Assembly: GCA_030390025.1 (NCBI GenBank)
Contig: CM059433.1
Location: forward strand, 21,764,001 to 21,828,000
Origin: Squalus acanthias
Taxonomy: Eukaryota
Direction of reading: 5' to 3'
DNA: 64,000 bases
Shown: piece by piece, positions 12,919-27,056 of the stretch
Numbering within the stretch: the stretch's first letter is position 1
Layout: each line of letters begins with the position of its first letter
The notes under the pieces: model-generated
Database searches by the model: none
What the model saw: only the letters and a program-made list of their open reading frames with translations
What the model was told of the DNA's origin: nothing
Made by a program: the position numbers and the translations under genes

Positions 12919-14064
12919 ACTGCAGTGGTTGTGCATTGGCAGGCATTTGAACGAAGATCATCTGCATCACTGGCCCTGAATATCCTTTGGGTGTATCCGC
13001 TGGACTTACGCTGCAACTCTGGCAGAAGACGGGCAGAACCCACTGGGAAGTAGCAAGTACCTGGTGGCACCGGGCCTCTGCTGTTTGTGCCATTTTTCGG
13101 GCCTGCCTTGTAACAGTGAAACTTCTTCCAGCCTCTTACAAGGCAAATTGGGGCAATGCACAGAACCAACAGCAAGGACTCCTTGTGCTGGGAATACCCA
13201 CTTCCCAGGCTCGTGTGGGACCTAATATAGTACTGGATGCCAGTTCATCAGTTCATAACTTCCAGCCTGCAGATGAGCATGAGTGGATCTCGATTGGCCT
13301 GGCGCACTAAAGAATGCCCAATTTAAAAAAAATAATAATTATTGATGTCTCCTCTTACCTCACTGTGGTTTGAAGGCCATGGGCAGACAACTGATTTTCG
13401 AGCTGCATGGGGCACGGGCACCCATCTGCACCATGACAATTAGGTGCCATTCCACTGGCCTTGCAGGGCGAGCACTGGAGGGCATTAAGTGGCGCAATGC
13501 CAATGTAACCGCTGAGATCATGGCCTATGGATTTTTTGGGCAACTTTTTCAGTACAAGAATGGCATATGGCCCAGCAGGAACATATAAAGGGTGGAAAAC
13601 TAATTTAAAAAGGATGGGGGAAGATGTAAGTTGATTGTCTATGGATATGTTATGAGGGAGAATGCGCCAGCAGAGGAAAAATAGAAGATAATTTTTCATT
13701 TGTTCCTGGTGCTTTATAAACAGAAGCATTTGATGTGCTCCATAGATTGTTTCATTCTGTAATATTTCACATTACGTGCTTGCAAAATATCAATTTGAGA
13801 AAATAATTGCAATATTTGCTTCTCGGAGAATGAAAACCCATAAGTCCTTCAGGGATAAATTTCAAATACCTGGGAGAGGAGAGTTATGAACTGTTAGATT
13901 CACACATTTATATTGTAGCATTTTTTCAGCTTTGCAGTACAAATGTTGACTTATATTGATGTATCCAATTTGTACATCAGATGTAGCACCTTAGTAGAAA
14001 ACTCCAGTGCATAAAATATTGCTCCCTCCTGGATCATTTTTTATTACTGAAGAGTTTACACTAA

Positions 14065-14298
<234 letters not shown>

Positions 14299-14699
14299 TG
14301 AAATTGCCCCTGTTTTATGATTTTGGGAATTTGCATGTGCATTAAGACTTATGAGCATTTTTCAGCAGGGTGGTGATATATGTAAATTTGTTGACCATAT
14401 TTGCTGTCTCCAGCTTTTGATTGTGTGCTGTTCTGCAGCAAGCAACCTTCTCCAGCTTCTTGATCATTTGCTGAAAGGTTCCGTTTATAGAAATGGCTTT
14501 ATAGAAAACCCACATAGTTTTCAACCCTATTTAACATAGATTCAGTCAATAATAGATTTTTTTTATAACTAGTGTTATTTTGGTCTGTAAAAAGGGCAGA
14601 ATCCCAGAAGAGCTGGTTTCTGGCCCTCATACTATCCCACTCCTGACCTAGGAGTTTCAAGGCCAATGCTTTTAATGAAGGAAACATCTCAATTAATTT

Positions 14700-17480
14700 C
14701 ATTGGGTGGGGGAAGAAGAAGATATACAGACAAAAACAAAAAAAGGAATTGATGGCAAGAAGGGAAAATTGGAAGAGCTGAGGGAAAGCTTGGTCAAAAA
14801 ATGGCTTTTAAAGGAGGAAAGAGAGAGTGGAGCTACAGTAGCTGGAGGCTATGCTACCAATGATGGAGTAAAAGGAGGGAGGATGCACAAAAGGTGAGAT
14901 TTGTACAGCATGTAGTGGAGATGAGGCTGGAGTCAGCTGTAGAGGCAAGGCTGGTGAGGTCAGGGAATTGAAGACAAGAATTTGAAATTGAACATATTGG
15001 GGGGATAGGGAGCCAATGTAGGTCAATAAGGATGGAGATGAAGGTTGAACAGGACGTAGTGTGGGACAGTATAGAAACAGCTGAGATTTGAGCAAGTTGG
15101 AATTTAGACAAGGTGAAAGGTGGGAGTCTAGCAAGGAGGCCATTGGAGAAATTGAGTCTGGAGGTGACATGGATGGGGATACAGCGCAGAAGGGCTGAGG
15201 AGGATGATGTTGCCAAGGCAGAAGTAAGGTGTCTTGCCGATGGATAATATGGAGTTTCCAGCTTAACTCTGGGTCCAACAGGCTGCCAGGATTTTGCATG
15301 ATATTCTTCAGCTTGAGCATGTGGCTAGGGGAGGGGATGGTGTTGATGGCAATGGAGTGGATTAGGCAAGACTGGTGATGGAATGGACAGCCAAGGTGGG
15401 GGCTGCAAATAATGGTTTTGGCTTTCCTGTTGTTCAATTGGAGAACATTTTGACATGCATAACTTAATGTCAGGCAGCTCAATAGCACAGAGGTGGTCAT
15501 GGTTGCATTAGGGCAGATAAGAGTGGATGGATATGGAGGGCATTCACACAGACCCAACAGTGGAGTTAAAGCAATGTTAGAGGATTCCATGGTCAACTGT
15601 CTCAACTACCACGAGAAGGTTGAGATAGACAATGAGGGATAATATACCACAGTCACAGTCAGAGAATCTCATTCATGATTTTGGCCAGAGTGGGCTCAGG
15701 CTATAAGCAGTGCAGAAGAGGGACTGACGGGATTTGAACAGGGAGTTTTGGAGAGATGACCATGGAGCCGCGAGGTGACAACATGATTGAGTACCCGGAT
15801 CAGGGGCAGGCTAATTGAGGAGGGGGCTAATAATGCCAGTTTTGAAAGGGAATGTGACAGTGCCTCAGCAAAAGGAGTTATTGAAAATGTCTGCAAACAT
15901 GCAGGTCAAGAGAGGTGATTGGGCGGTTAGGAATTGATGGGGAAGGGTCCCAGGAGCCGGAGGTGGACTTTATGGAAGAGATGAGCTTGAAAAAAACAGG
16001 GGAGATAGAGAGAAACTGCAGAGTAACAAGGGCTCATTGTAGAACAGGTGAGGGAATGTGGGGAAAGAGAGGAGGTAGAGACAAAGAGACAAAGTAATTA
16101 ATCAGCTCTTTGCACTTGATGTTAGAGGTGAGAGGGAAGGGGTTGGGGAAATGTAACTGAGGAGGCTGTCTATAATGAAGGAAAGGTGCTGAGGGTTGCC
16201 TTTACCCTCCAGGATGACCCTGGCGAAGTCGGAGGATTTGGCTGAAGATACATAACAGTGCTTAACATGGACAAGCCAGATCTGATGATGAGTGGTTCGA
16301 CCAGGCATGCTTGTGTTTGCAACCATCAGACTTACAGGAGTAAACATGGGAGCTGTAACAAGGAGAGGTGGGAGCCAGGGGGTGATTTGCTGCAAATGAG
16401 GGTGTTGTAGGCGGAAGCAAGGGTGCAGTTGAACAGGTCAACAGTGGTATAGCTATTGTTTCGATAGACAGCCAGTGGAGAGAGAGTTGGGAATTAGAGA
16501 ACACATTAGTGAGGGAGCTGGGGAAAGATTTTTCCAAGGCTGCTTGGTGAGAGTAGTGAAGTTGCATGAAGGCAGAAGAATGTGGGTTAAAGGACACAAG
16601 GAATGATCAGAGATAGCCTTGTCTGTGATTGAGACCTTGGAAGTGCAGAGACTGCAAGAGTTGGTGAATTCAAGGGAGGTGGTAATTGATGTAAATGAAA
16701 GTTTGTTTGTAACAAACCTGTGGGTTTGGAATGTGGGAAGGGGGGATTTTGGTTCCTCCCATCCCTGAGGAAGATGTTTTGGCATAGTTATTGGCTTGTA
16801 TTATTGTTAAGATTTATTATTAAATACACTCTGTTCTATATACAAAACTGTGCTTGGAGCTTTGTCTAGAAGTTTAAGATCATATTATCTCAGTGCTTAT
16901 GTGGGTCTTAACAATATGAAGGGGCAGATTAAGTGAGTGTAGGAGAGCAGAGAAGATGGAAAGATGGGAAATTTAGATAAATTCACCAATGCTGAGGAGT
17001 CGCTCGGTACAAATACTAAGTGAAGAGGTCTCAGTGAGGAAGTCAGCACTGGGCTTGGCCGGGCATTACATGAGGAGGATTTTAAGTGAGAGCAGGAGAG
17101 TTGGAAGACAACAAAATGCAAGGTGAAGAAATTGCCAGAGCAGAAGGCAAGCAGACAAAGTAGTACTTGGCAAGGTATATACACTATGATGGGAGTTTGG
17201 GCATGGCAGGTGATGAAACCTATAGCCAGGCATGGAGACTTTAGTGAGGGCAAATGAGTCACCATCCATAAGCCAGGTTTCTGTCTGCACCAGGATGCCT
17301 CTACTTATCTATGACAAGGTCACGGATGGTGAGGTCTTTGTTCGCAAGGGAGCAAGCATTCAGAAGAGTGATATAGAGGAGGGTGGTGATCGATGATTCA
17401 CTAGTGGGTTGGGGCAGCGGAAGAAGGATGGGAAGCAGGAAAAGGTGAAGATCAGTGCAGCAAAGAGTGAGTTGGGCAAG
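14700..17480 (-). mobile_element. Decayed L2-clade LINE (endonuclease and RT remnants)
   Basis: TETWL endonuclease motif (ORF 17066..17290), AISDH, QLNNRKAK, SRLNFSNGLLA...LHWLP C-terminal RT motifs; many frameshifts. Confidence 0.85.
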
Positions 17481-17589
17481 TGGTCTGGAGTTGGTAGCTT
17501 TAACTTGTAGATGAAGTTAACTAGCCCCATTATTAGAAGGCAGGGAGCCTCAAACAGTGGGCAGAATGAAGGTGAAGGATAAAGGCTAA

Positions 17590-18400
17590 GGATAAAGATG
17601 GATTGTCGTGAATGGAGTTGCACAAGAAAGGAGCACTGCAAGCATTTGGATACAATGAGTTGGACTAAATACATAAGTGAGCAGAACGATAGGATGATGA
17701 AATTTAATAACGGCAAGTGTAAAGTACAGCACATTGGGAAAAAAATGTGATATAAATGTTCCATGAATGGTAACAAAGTAGCTAAGGGTCAAGTTGAAAG
17801 ATGTCTATGGGTCTTAACAGACCTGATCCTCAACATGTCCAATCACTTGCAAGCAGCAATGAACAAAGCCAATAAAGTGATGAACATATTACCCAAAACA
17901 GTATAGTAGAGGTCAGAGGAGTCACACTTAAACTGTACAGTGTTCTGGTCAGACAGCACTTTGAATAATGTATCCACTTCTAGTCACTCTGACACAAGAG
18001 ACATTCAAGCCCTGGATGCAGTTCAAAAAAAGTCACAAGAATGATCCCTGATGGCAGAGTGCTAAAGCTAAACTTGGGCTTATTGGGGTATATGCTAGTA
18101 AATGTTGTGGAAACAGTAGATTCGAAAAATTACTTCAAACTAAACTGTAGAATGGACTTTTGGGTAGAGAAGTAGAGGAAAACCATCTGAATCATTTAAT
18201 AATTGGATACAGTGGTGGGGGCACCGAGATCTTTGTAGATGGATGAGCTAAGATGGGTTGAATGTCCCTCTTCATCTGTATCTATCTTCTGACTATGGGG
18301 TGCTCTCACATGCTCCCCTAGTGGCCAGATATAGAATAACATTATTTGGGGCCTCAGAGCAGACCTTCTTTCCATGCCTCCACATAAGTATGGGGCGTGG
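17590..18400 (+). mobile_element. Old CR1 LINE fragment
   Basis: atgaaatttaataacggcaagtgtaaagtacagcacattggg (MKFN..KCKV.HIG), gcactttgaataatgtatccacttctag, and a 3'-end-like ccttctttccatgcctc. Confidence 0.7.
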
Positions 18401-20729
18401 AACAGGAAATCCAGGAAGTGGGAAGGAAAAAATAATGAAGCATATAACATAAAAAAAATTCCTTACAGTAGATGTCAAAATCGGACTGACTTTTATGGGT
18501 TTCACCTGTTAACTGACTCGTCTGGGGAGCATGGGAGTTACTCAATTTAACACAATCTTTTCAGTATGGGCATGCTGTGCTGATGTACAAACTGTTACTG
18601 TTGTTTTTAGCATTTAGTTGTATGAAAACAGATCAAGGTGTCAAGTTCATCCCTGCTAAAATTTATTTATTTGTCAGTGCAGGTAATGCACAAAAAACAA
18701 GTTTTAAAATCAGGCAACTCTTTCCTTCAATAAGTAAATAAATAAATGTTCATATGCTGTTACTCTGTAAGAGAGTTGTTTCTTTTTATCTTTGACCCTC
18801 TGTGCTCGTTCAAGCTAAGGTTTCAGGCAGTGTTGGTTTTTCCTCACCCCAGCCCTCTCAAATGGAACAATTTTAAAACTGTCTTGCTGTCTGGACAAGA
18901 ACTGATAAGTTCATTCAGGCAAGGCAAACAATTGTGAGTGAAAGGCTCAAACTCAGAATCTTCTGACTGGCTGAGAGTCACACATTCAGAAGCTGGAGCT
19001 CTCACTTTCTGGTATTTTCATTTGTAAAATCAGTTAGTGATCAGACCTTAGACAGATGGCCACCTTGGACCAATTAGGGAAAGAGTTAGCTCCCCAACCC
19101 TGACCGTCAGGGGAATGGATACCACTCAAGCATAGGTATATCATTACAATGAAAATCAGACAGATTGCACAAAGTCCTCATCATAATAAAATAGGTTACT
19201 TAAAAAACCCCTACATGTCAAGCTACTGACATTGTAAGCTGAAAACATAGAAGCAAATGTTTAACACGTACTGCCAATATGACACCTCAAATGCACAGAA
19301 TAGACCAAAAAAAAAACCTGAAAAATGGCCCACTGCACAAATGTGGTGCCATTTTTCTTAAAGCGACAGACAATTATGAAGCTAAGTTATCCGAACTGGG
19401 CTAAAACTTTGATTTGTCTGTATTTATCCCAATTGGGCAAATTCAAATTGATTCAGCCTTCAAAATGTAGTTCTGATTTTTTTCTCATAACAAACCTATG
19501 TTAACCTGCAATTACTCTCTTTTAGAAACACTCCTCAGTAATATCTCTTTACAGTTAATGATATAAAAAGGAAGAAAACATGGAATGAGAATAACCGATT
19601 TGGCTTATCAAGCTTGTTCCTTCCATAGACCATGTGGAGCCAGACTCTACCCAGCCCGTTTAATCTCCTAAGGAAGAGTTCTGCAAAGTTTTCCCTGTTT
19701 CTCTAACCACAAAAGATGATTTGATCAAAATGCCAAACTACTTATCAAACATTTTTTCAAAAATCCTTTCAAACTCTTGTCTTGTTTTAAACGTGTTGAT
19801 TTGAAATCTCTGTATTCACAGTCCAAGTTAAGTAACCTATTTTCAGCTATGTTATCAGTTTTTTGATTAATTTCCCACTTAATCTTCTATTCCTTAATGA
19901 AAACATGTTCAGGTTGGTGAGTTTTTGTTTATAATGTAAAACATTAAGTCCCAGAATCACCCTTGTCACTCTTCTTTGAACCTTGATGAATGTTCTTTCG
20001 AAGCTGCAATACCCAAAATTGCACCCAGTAGGATAGGTTTCGTGAAGACTTGTTGGTAGAGTGGGGCCTTCCTGGTACCACCAAATTGCAGGGTGCCCGA
20101 TTTTTTGATGAGGAATTTGAGGGCAAAATCTAGGTCTGCCCTGCTGGAATGCATGGCCTTATTTCAATATGCAAATCATCTGTTTAAAAGTCCATACCAA
20201 ATTTCACATCTTTGAGCACAGCTCTGCCAACAGTACCAACTTGCCCCATATATACTGGCAATGTGACGAAATCGCTGACGAGCCCTCCTTGTCCCAGAAT
20301 TGCAGAGCAGCCTTGAGGGGCCAAATGGCCCACTCCTGCTGCTATTTCTTATGTTCTCAGCACTAGTCTGATCAAGCAAGCTTCTTGGAGAGATGACGGT
20401 TTTGACTGCGGATTTTTTTTTTACATATTCATGTTCCACTTGCTGTATCTTCCTCCCTACACGAATTGGTTTTGATGGATATTCCTTCATTTCCGTGTTT
20501 GTTTTTGGCCAAAAAATTCCTTAATTATCGTTGGTTACTTCTGGTATTAAAATTGCGCCAGACAAACAGATGAGGTTGGGCATTCCTTTTGGGGGTTCAA
20601 CTTTACTGCACATGTGAGATGGGAAAGAGGAGGTCAGGAGGGGCCAACAAATGCCATTGCAACGACTCCTGTCACTGCTCCAGGTTCTTTGTGACAGTCC
20701 CTTTAACATGTAGCTGGATATGCTTAGAG

Positions 20730-21190
20730 GATGCCTGTCTTCCTCATCTCCACTTCACAAAACAGGTTGGCACAGAGTTGTGCCATCTGCTGCATAATAA
20801 TGTGCAGACAACATCTGAAACAAACTCTGTTGAGTGGAGGCTACCATAGCATGAAGCTTCATCCTACCGGATCCTTCTAAGTCAGTGTAGGAGACATCAG
20901 CCTCATCAGCCAGCTTGTAGCACCCACAAATATCAAGCAAGTGAGAAATGTTATGTTTGCAAGGGACAAAGGAGGCATCAGTTGGGTGACTTGGTTGTCT
21001 CGAATGCAAAGCATTGCACGTGGTATTGATGAGCATTGCGGCTCTTCCTATCAACCCCATGTTCTTCATGGACAGAAGGGTTTGCACTACTGTTCATGTC
21101 GTTTCTGACCACAGAAACATCATTATGCACATCCATGACCATTTTCCAGGAACCAGAGTTGATGCCTTCATTGTACAGTGGACATATTAT
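20730..21190 (+). pseudogene. HARBI1-type (PIF/Harbinger) DDE transposase relic
   Basis: Broken frames give LHFTKQVGTELCHLL, TGSF*..VGDIS.ISQ and NP.FFMDRR...VVSDH..IIMHI...FPGT..DAFI, matching the Harbinger transposase consensus (LRF....ELC.LL; ATGSFQ...GD....SQ; F.NRKG...Q.VCD......A.FPGS.HDAFI). Confidence 0.75.
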
Positions 21191-22039
21191 TTGAAGGAGA
21201 CAAAACACTGGGTGGATAACTCTTATGAGAAAAAGACTATCTTCTTCTTCCTTGGCTGCTGAGAAATCACCTAACAGTGGAGGAACATCTGGTTGCTTCA
21301 ATATCTGTTTACTCTTCCTCCTTTGGAGCTATGAAATGAAGTGGGTGCAGTGGAAGAGCGGGTGGAAAAGGGTAATGGTTGTGCACAGTGTGTGTGGCAG
21401 TTCACAGTTACAATTTGTGCCATGATTGATGGGCCCACAAGAAATCTAGACAACATTGAGGAGCTAATATTCCTAATATAGGGGCCAATTATTTGACTGG
21501 AGGGATTGGTCAAGCTAGCATGATTCAGGTTTGCAGGGGTCTGAAAATGGAACCACTTGCAGTGTTGCTAGCTCCCCACTGGTTCGGTTCCCCATGCAAT
21601 TCTGTGTAGCTGACCATGAGCGGGAATCATTCTGACACAGAATCTGCTTCATTTCAGTTGCCAAGTTAACATATAGCAGTAGTGTAAGCGCTCATGAGAG
21701 AAACTTTCTTCCGAAGGACCTGTTCCTCCTGGGTTTCTGCCTCAGATGCCACTTGTGTTTTCATGATGGAATGCATTGTCCAATGTCTTCCTGCACAACT
21801 GCACAGATGTGACTGGTGGACTGTTTCACAGTTGTCACTGTGCCATCAGGATGCTTTGGACAGCTTCAAATGACACAGCAAGACAATAATATTCAGATAG
21901 CAGTCTTTTTTTTGTCATAACCAGGCCGAATCACTGGGTTTTAAAATGAGAATGTGGGCTGGTCCTCTGCCCAGCAGTTGCTGTTCCTTCACCGAAATCT
22001 CCACTTGCTGTTCCTCATGCGTTTGATATTCCCTCCTCA

Positions 22040-22477
22040 AACTTACTACCTAAATCCCCCAAGGTGGATCTTGCCTATGCGGGTGCTTGCAGCAGATGGT
22101 TTGAGTAACTCAGATTCTGTGAGATGTTGATGTCTTCTTTGATACTGGGGGCTGTTCTCAGTTTTTGGGGCTTGCCTATAGAAAGAGAAAAGGAACATAC
22201 GTTAGGATGCTGGCTACATGACACCCTTTCAGATATTATTTACCTGGAAGTATTTTGTACACCATGGTTTTATGTTTGTGTGAGTGAGCAGGGAAAGAAT
22301 AAAGAACATGAAAAGGACAGTACTAACCCTAAAATTGGGGAGGCCTATGGCCTCACTCTCTCTGACTCCCTCTTTGTTTTCCCTCCCAATGATTTTCACT
22401 GTGGCCTCATGCAAGAGATTCAATTGTAGTGTCCTCCTCCCATACATGTCTCGTCTTTTTTATGTACTGCCTTTTCC
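22040..22477 (-). pseudogene. Probable relic of the Harbinger Myb/SANT-like partner gene, with intron remnants
   Basis: Minus strand tttcag|GAA AAG GCA GTA CAT...GGA GGA GGA = EKAVHKKDETCMGGG, resembling the K..H...E...TGGG motif; second acceptor ttttctctttctatag near 22176; convergent with the transposase relic. Confidence 0.45.
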
Positions 22478-22884
22478 TGAAAGCAGTAAAACAGTGAACG
22501 TATGTTGTAAGTGTCAAATGAAGAAAGACCCATTCTGCAGTCCTTCATGGGGTATGAGTACAATAATATACACAATGCCTCTAGGTTTTGCTGGAAGAAT
22601 ATTTTATGTGAAGTTATTTTAAGATGAATGGGGTATTCTCCCTTGATATTGGTCCATTATTTCAATTCATAAGCTATTAGAAAAGACATTTCTGCAAAAA
22701 CTCCATCCTTTAAAGTAGCTATGATAATGCTAATGTCCCACTCTCCAGTCTATGTGTTCCTAGTAACTAATTGATTGAATGCTTATAATGCATAATGAGG
22801 CTCAAAATTGAAAATTAGACGGTGGGCACATTGCCATTGCTATAACGTGCAAATTGGAAAAGCTGCCCCATGCACTCATCAATG

Positions 22885-24180
22885 CAACAACTAGTTACTT
22901 TTATATAGCGCTTCTGACATCCAGGAAGATATCTCAGAACACTTTAAAATACTGAGTTAAGGAACACAGTGGACATTGAGAATTGGAAAAGAGATGAGGA
23001 ATAAAGGCACTAGGATAAAAAAAACTAAGGTATGCTCAAAGAAGAGGTTTTTGAGGAGGCTTTTGAAAACAAGCAGATGGAACTGGGTAGAGAATTTCTA
23101 TGGGCTTGAGCATAGTGACTGAATAAGTGACTGCCAATAATGAAGTTAAGCAAAAATTGATTTAAAAAAAGTCTAGTGTTAAAGGAGTGGAAGATAAATG
23201 CAGGAATGTAAGGCAGAAGACTACCAAGGCTGGGTGGACAAGGTAATGGAGGGATTTGAAAATTATTTGGACACAAGGAGCCATTGGAGTTTGGAGAGGA
23301 TGAGGTTGATAAGAATGGTTGGACTTCATGCGGGTGAGAACTTGAGTTATGGAGTTGAAACTTGTGGATGGTTGATGTTGGGAGGCTAGCTATAAACGTC
23401 ATTGGAGGAGTTAACCTTTTATGTGACAAAAACATGGACTGAAAAGAGTAAGAGAGAGATGGGGTAGAGGTGGACAGTGTTGCAGTGACAGAAGAAAGCG
23501 GTTATGGTAATGGAGCAGACGCTGAGAAAGAAGCTGAGCTCAGCGTCAAGCAGGTCAGCAAGGTTCCAAGCTTCCTGAATGGGCTTGAGATAGCAACTGG
23601 GAAGGTTGATTGTCTTGAGGCCAGAGGTTAATAGATGCTGATGAAAGCCAAATGCAATGGCCTTAGTTTTGCCAGCATTCAGCTTGAGGAAGTTTGGGCT
23701 CATCCAGATCTTGATATCAGATAGGCAATGTCAGTGAGTGGCAACAGCCTTTGAGTCAATGGAAGAGACAGCAAGGCAAAGCTGTCTGTAATCAATATAC
23801 ATGTGGATGCTGACCCTGTGCTTCTGGATAACATTGCCAAAGAATAACATTTAGATAGTGAATAGCAGGGATCCAAGGGTATACCAGAGGTGACCATATG
23901 AACAGAGGAGTAGAATCCTTGGACACAATGTAGGACCTGCATTAAGTCATGCAAGAAGGGAACCAGGAGAGAGCAATAGGCTGCAGGTGGACTGTAAATG
24001 AAGCATTGAGTAAAATGGAACAATTGATTGTGTTGAAAGGGACAGAGCAGTTGATAATGTTGAGGCGAGATCACAGTCACACAAGATGTCATTTGTGACT
24101 TTGACCAGTCTTTGTACAGTGACTGCAGTGGAAGCCAAATTGGAGAAGCTTGAATAGGGTGTGGTGAGAGAGGTGGAGTG
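22885..24180 (-). mobile_element. Decayed L2 LINE, 3' part
   Basis: Tail caacaact..ttttatatagcgc; MSPNFLKLNAGKTKAI.F RT motif (ORF 23419..23703). Confidence 0.85.
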
Positions 24181-24725
24181 TCTATGAGTTATTTGCTTTT
24201 AGAGACCGAGGTTACAGTAACTTCTTTTGACTTGATGCAAAATATCCTTGCAATGAGGATTTGTTCAAACAATGGAATAGCAACTTATTTTGGGTGATTT
24301 CCACAATTTTTTTTTGTACGTTTCCATCTTTCTTTCCTCCTCAATTGTTATCTCCCTGCGGTGACACGATCCTCCACATTTGGGACAATGGACTGGTTTA
24401 TGGTCGAACCAAGCAGAAGTGTGGTTGAACGATGAGAGAATTTAATCCCTCTTGGATATATTTTCTCTGAGGTGAAATAGGAAATTCAACTTAGCTCTCT
24501 TCCCTATCCCCCCAGCCACAAGAAGCCCGGATAAAGGCCAATGTTTCATTTGAGAATTTGGTTTAAATGCAGGTCTCCAAGTTGGAAAATCCAATATTCA
24601 AGAATTGTAGCTACTAAAATCCCTCCTAGTGTTTGTGCTACTCTGTTTCCACAGTCTCTTTCTCCTACCTGTACCAAGATGTCTCTCTTCCTAGTAATCT
24701 TCTTTACTGTCACTATAGATAGATA

Positions 24726-24852
24726 ACTGGAATTTCTCTCGCGGGAGTTCGACAGAACCCCTGGAGAATAGTGTAAATTGCTAAAAATTACCATTTACAC
24801 TATTTCTCCAGGGCTTCACCCAAAGTTATGGTGAATCCAAAAGAAATTTGCT
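24726..24852. mobile_element. Small palindromic MITE-like repeat (related copy ~11880-12050)
   Basis: Central hairpin ccctggagaatagtgtaaat...atttacactatttctccaggg; gaattt/aaattt ends. Confidence 0.55.
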
Positions 24853-26737
24853 CCCTGAATTAACTGCAGAACAATCAAGTCATCTACCTCGATCGATGGA
24901 TAGGATCTTTGTAAGAATATTTATCATTGTTAGTCACTGTAGCCTAGAATTTCCTGTTGCTGATTTTAGTGGTGAGTAATGCATTCACATGACTTGACCC
25001 TATTATGTTAATATCCGCATTAAAATAGAAGATGGAGGAACTTCACACAAACATATTAGACGTCTGTCCACTAATACGGCAATAATAATTGCTAGGTTAG
25101 TGCTTATGTGCTGTATGTCTCTTTTTCCATTAAAATCACTCTTCATTTGGCAGGGGCAAGTGAACCAGGACACAGAAGCAGAGAGGAGAGACAAGGTGCA
25201 TAGAAAACTAGGAGGGACAAACAGCAACAGAATAAAGAATAGTGTAGAAAGAGCAGGAATTAGATTAAGGAAGAAAGCAGAGCAGACTAACATGGTGTTG
25301 GAATGTGTATTAATTGAGGATTGTTACAAATACGGGTGATGAGCTGCAGGCACGAGTGGCTACATGGGGTTATGATATAGTGACTATAACTGGCTTAAAC
25401 ATGGGCAGAAATGGGAACTACACATTCTTAGCTTCAATGTATTCATGAGGGATAGGGAAGGAAAAAAGAAAGGAGGGGTGGCAGTATTGATCAAGGATAA
25501 TATTACAGTTCTACAGAGGGACGATACACTAAAGGGTTCAAATGCTGAATCTATTTGGTTAGGATTGAGAAACAGAAAAGGAGCTGTTACATTGCTGGGT
25601 GTTTACTATAGATGTCCAAATGGTGAGAAGGAGATAGAGGAGCAAATCTGTTGGCAAATTTCAGAGAGATGTAAAAATAATGGAGCAGTAATAGTAGGGG
25701 ACTTCAATTACACTAATACAGACTGGGGGAAAAACAGTGTAAAGGGCAAAGGATGGTGAAGAATTCCTAAAATGTGTACAGGAGAACTTTCTTAATCAGT
25801 ATGTTTCTAGCCCAACGAGGAAGGAAGCAGTGCTGGCTCTAGTGCTGGGAAATGACATGGGGCAAGTGGAGTGTGTTTCAGTGACGAATATCTGGGTAAT
25901 GATGATCATAATATAATTAGGCTTAAAGTAGTTATGGAAAGGGACAAACAGAAATCAACTGTAAAAATACCCAACTGGAAGAGAGGCAGAAGTGGGAACT
26001 AAACATTCTTGGCTACAATGTATTCAGGAGGGATAGGGAAGGAAAAAAAGAAAGGAGGGGGTGGCAGTATTGATCAAGGAAAATATTACAGTTCTACAGA
26101 GGGACGATATACTAAAGGGTTCAAATGCTTGTGTAAGAGAGGAAATTTCAGTGATTTGAGAAGGAATGACACAGGTGGACTGGAAACAAAGATTGGCCAG
26201 GAGAACAGTAAATGAGCAATGGCAGGCCTTCAAGGCAAAGATAGTTCGGGTACAAACCAAGCATATTCACTAAGGAGGAAAGGTCCAAAGCTAGAGCTCC
26301 CTGGATGACAAGGAAAATAAAGGTTAAAATAAAACAGAAAAAGGAGGCGCATGACAAATGTCAGGTACAGAATACAGAGAGTGCACGGAAAAATTGAAGA
26401 AGGATATAAGAAGGGCAAAGAGAGAGTATGAGAAAAGATTAGCGGGTAACTTAAAAGGGAACTGAAAAATCTTTTATAAACATATAAAAAGTAAAAGGAT
26501 AGTTAAAGGAATGGTGGGGCCAATTAGGGACAAATAAGGAAAGCTTCCTCTGGAGGCAGAGGGCATGACTGAGGGTGCTGAATGAGTACTTTGCATCTGT
26601 CTTCACAAAAGAAGAGGATGAAGTAGAGGAGGAGGGAGTAGAGATATTGGATAGGATAAATAGATAGAAAAGAGGTGCTAAATAGGTTGGTATCACTCAA
26701 AGTTAACAAGTCACCTGGTTCAGATAGGATCATATAG

Positions 26738-27056
26738 GGGTACGGTAGCATAATGGTTATGTTACTGGACTAGTAATCCAGAGGCCTGGTCTAATAGTTC
26801 AAATCCCACTATTGTAGCTGGGGAATTTAAATTCAATTAAATAAATCTAGTATCAGCAATGGTGACCATGAAACTACCGGATTGTTGTAAAAACCCATCT
26901 GGTTCACTAATGTCCTTTAGAGAAGGAAATCTGCTGTCCTCTGAAATGGCCTAGCAAGCCACTCAGTTGTATACGGTGGCTCACCACCACCTTCTCAAGG
27001 GCAATTGGGGATGGGCAATAAATACTGGCCAGCGACGCCCACTTCCCGTGAATGAA
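26738..27056 (+). mobile_element. tRNA-derived SINE with HER1/HE1-type LINE tail, nested in the CR1
   Basis: A-box-like tagcataatgg, B-box-like gttcaaatccc, central ggttcactaatgtcctttag block; 3' end caccaccttctcaagggcaa..gggatgggcaa shared with the LINE at 37721-38751. Confidence 0.8.

Noticed and set aside
26738..26830. tRNA gene
   Set aside because: A/B-box-like head continues into a SINE body and LINE-derived tail; no complete cloverleaf.
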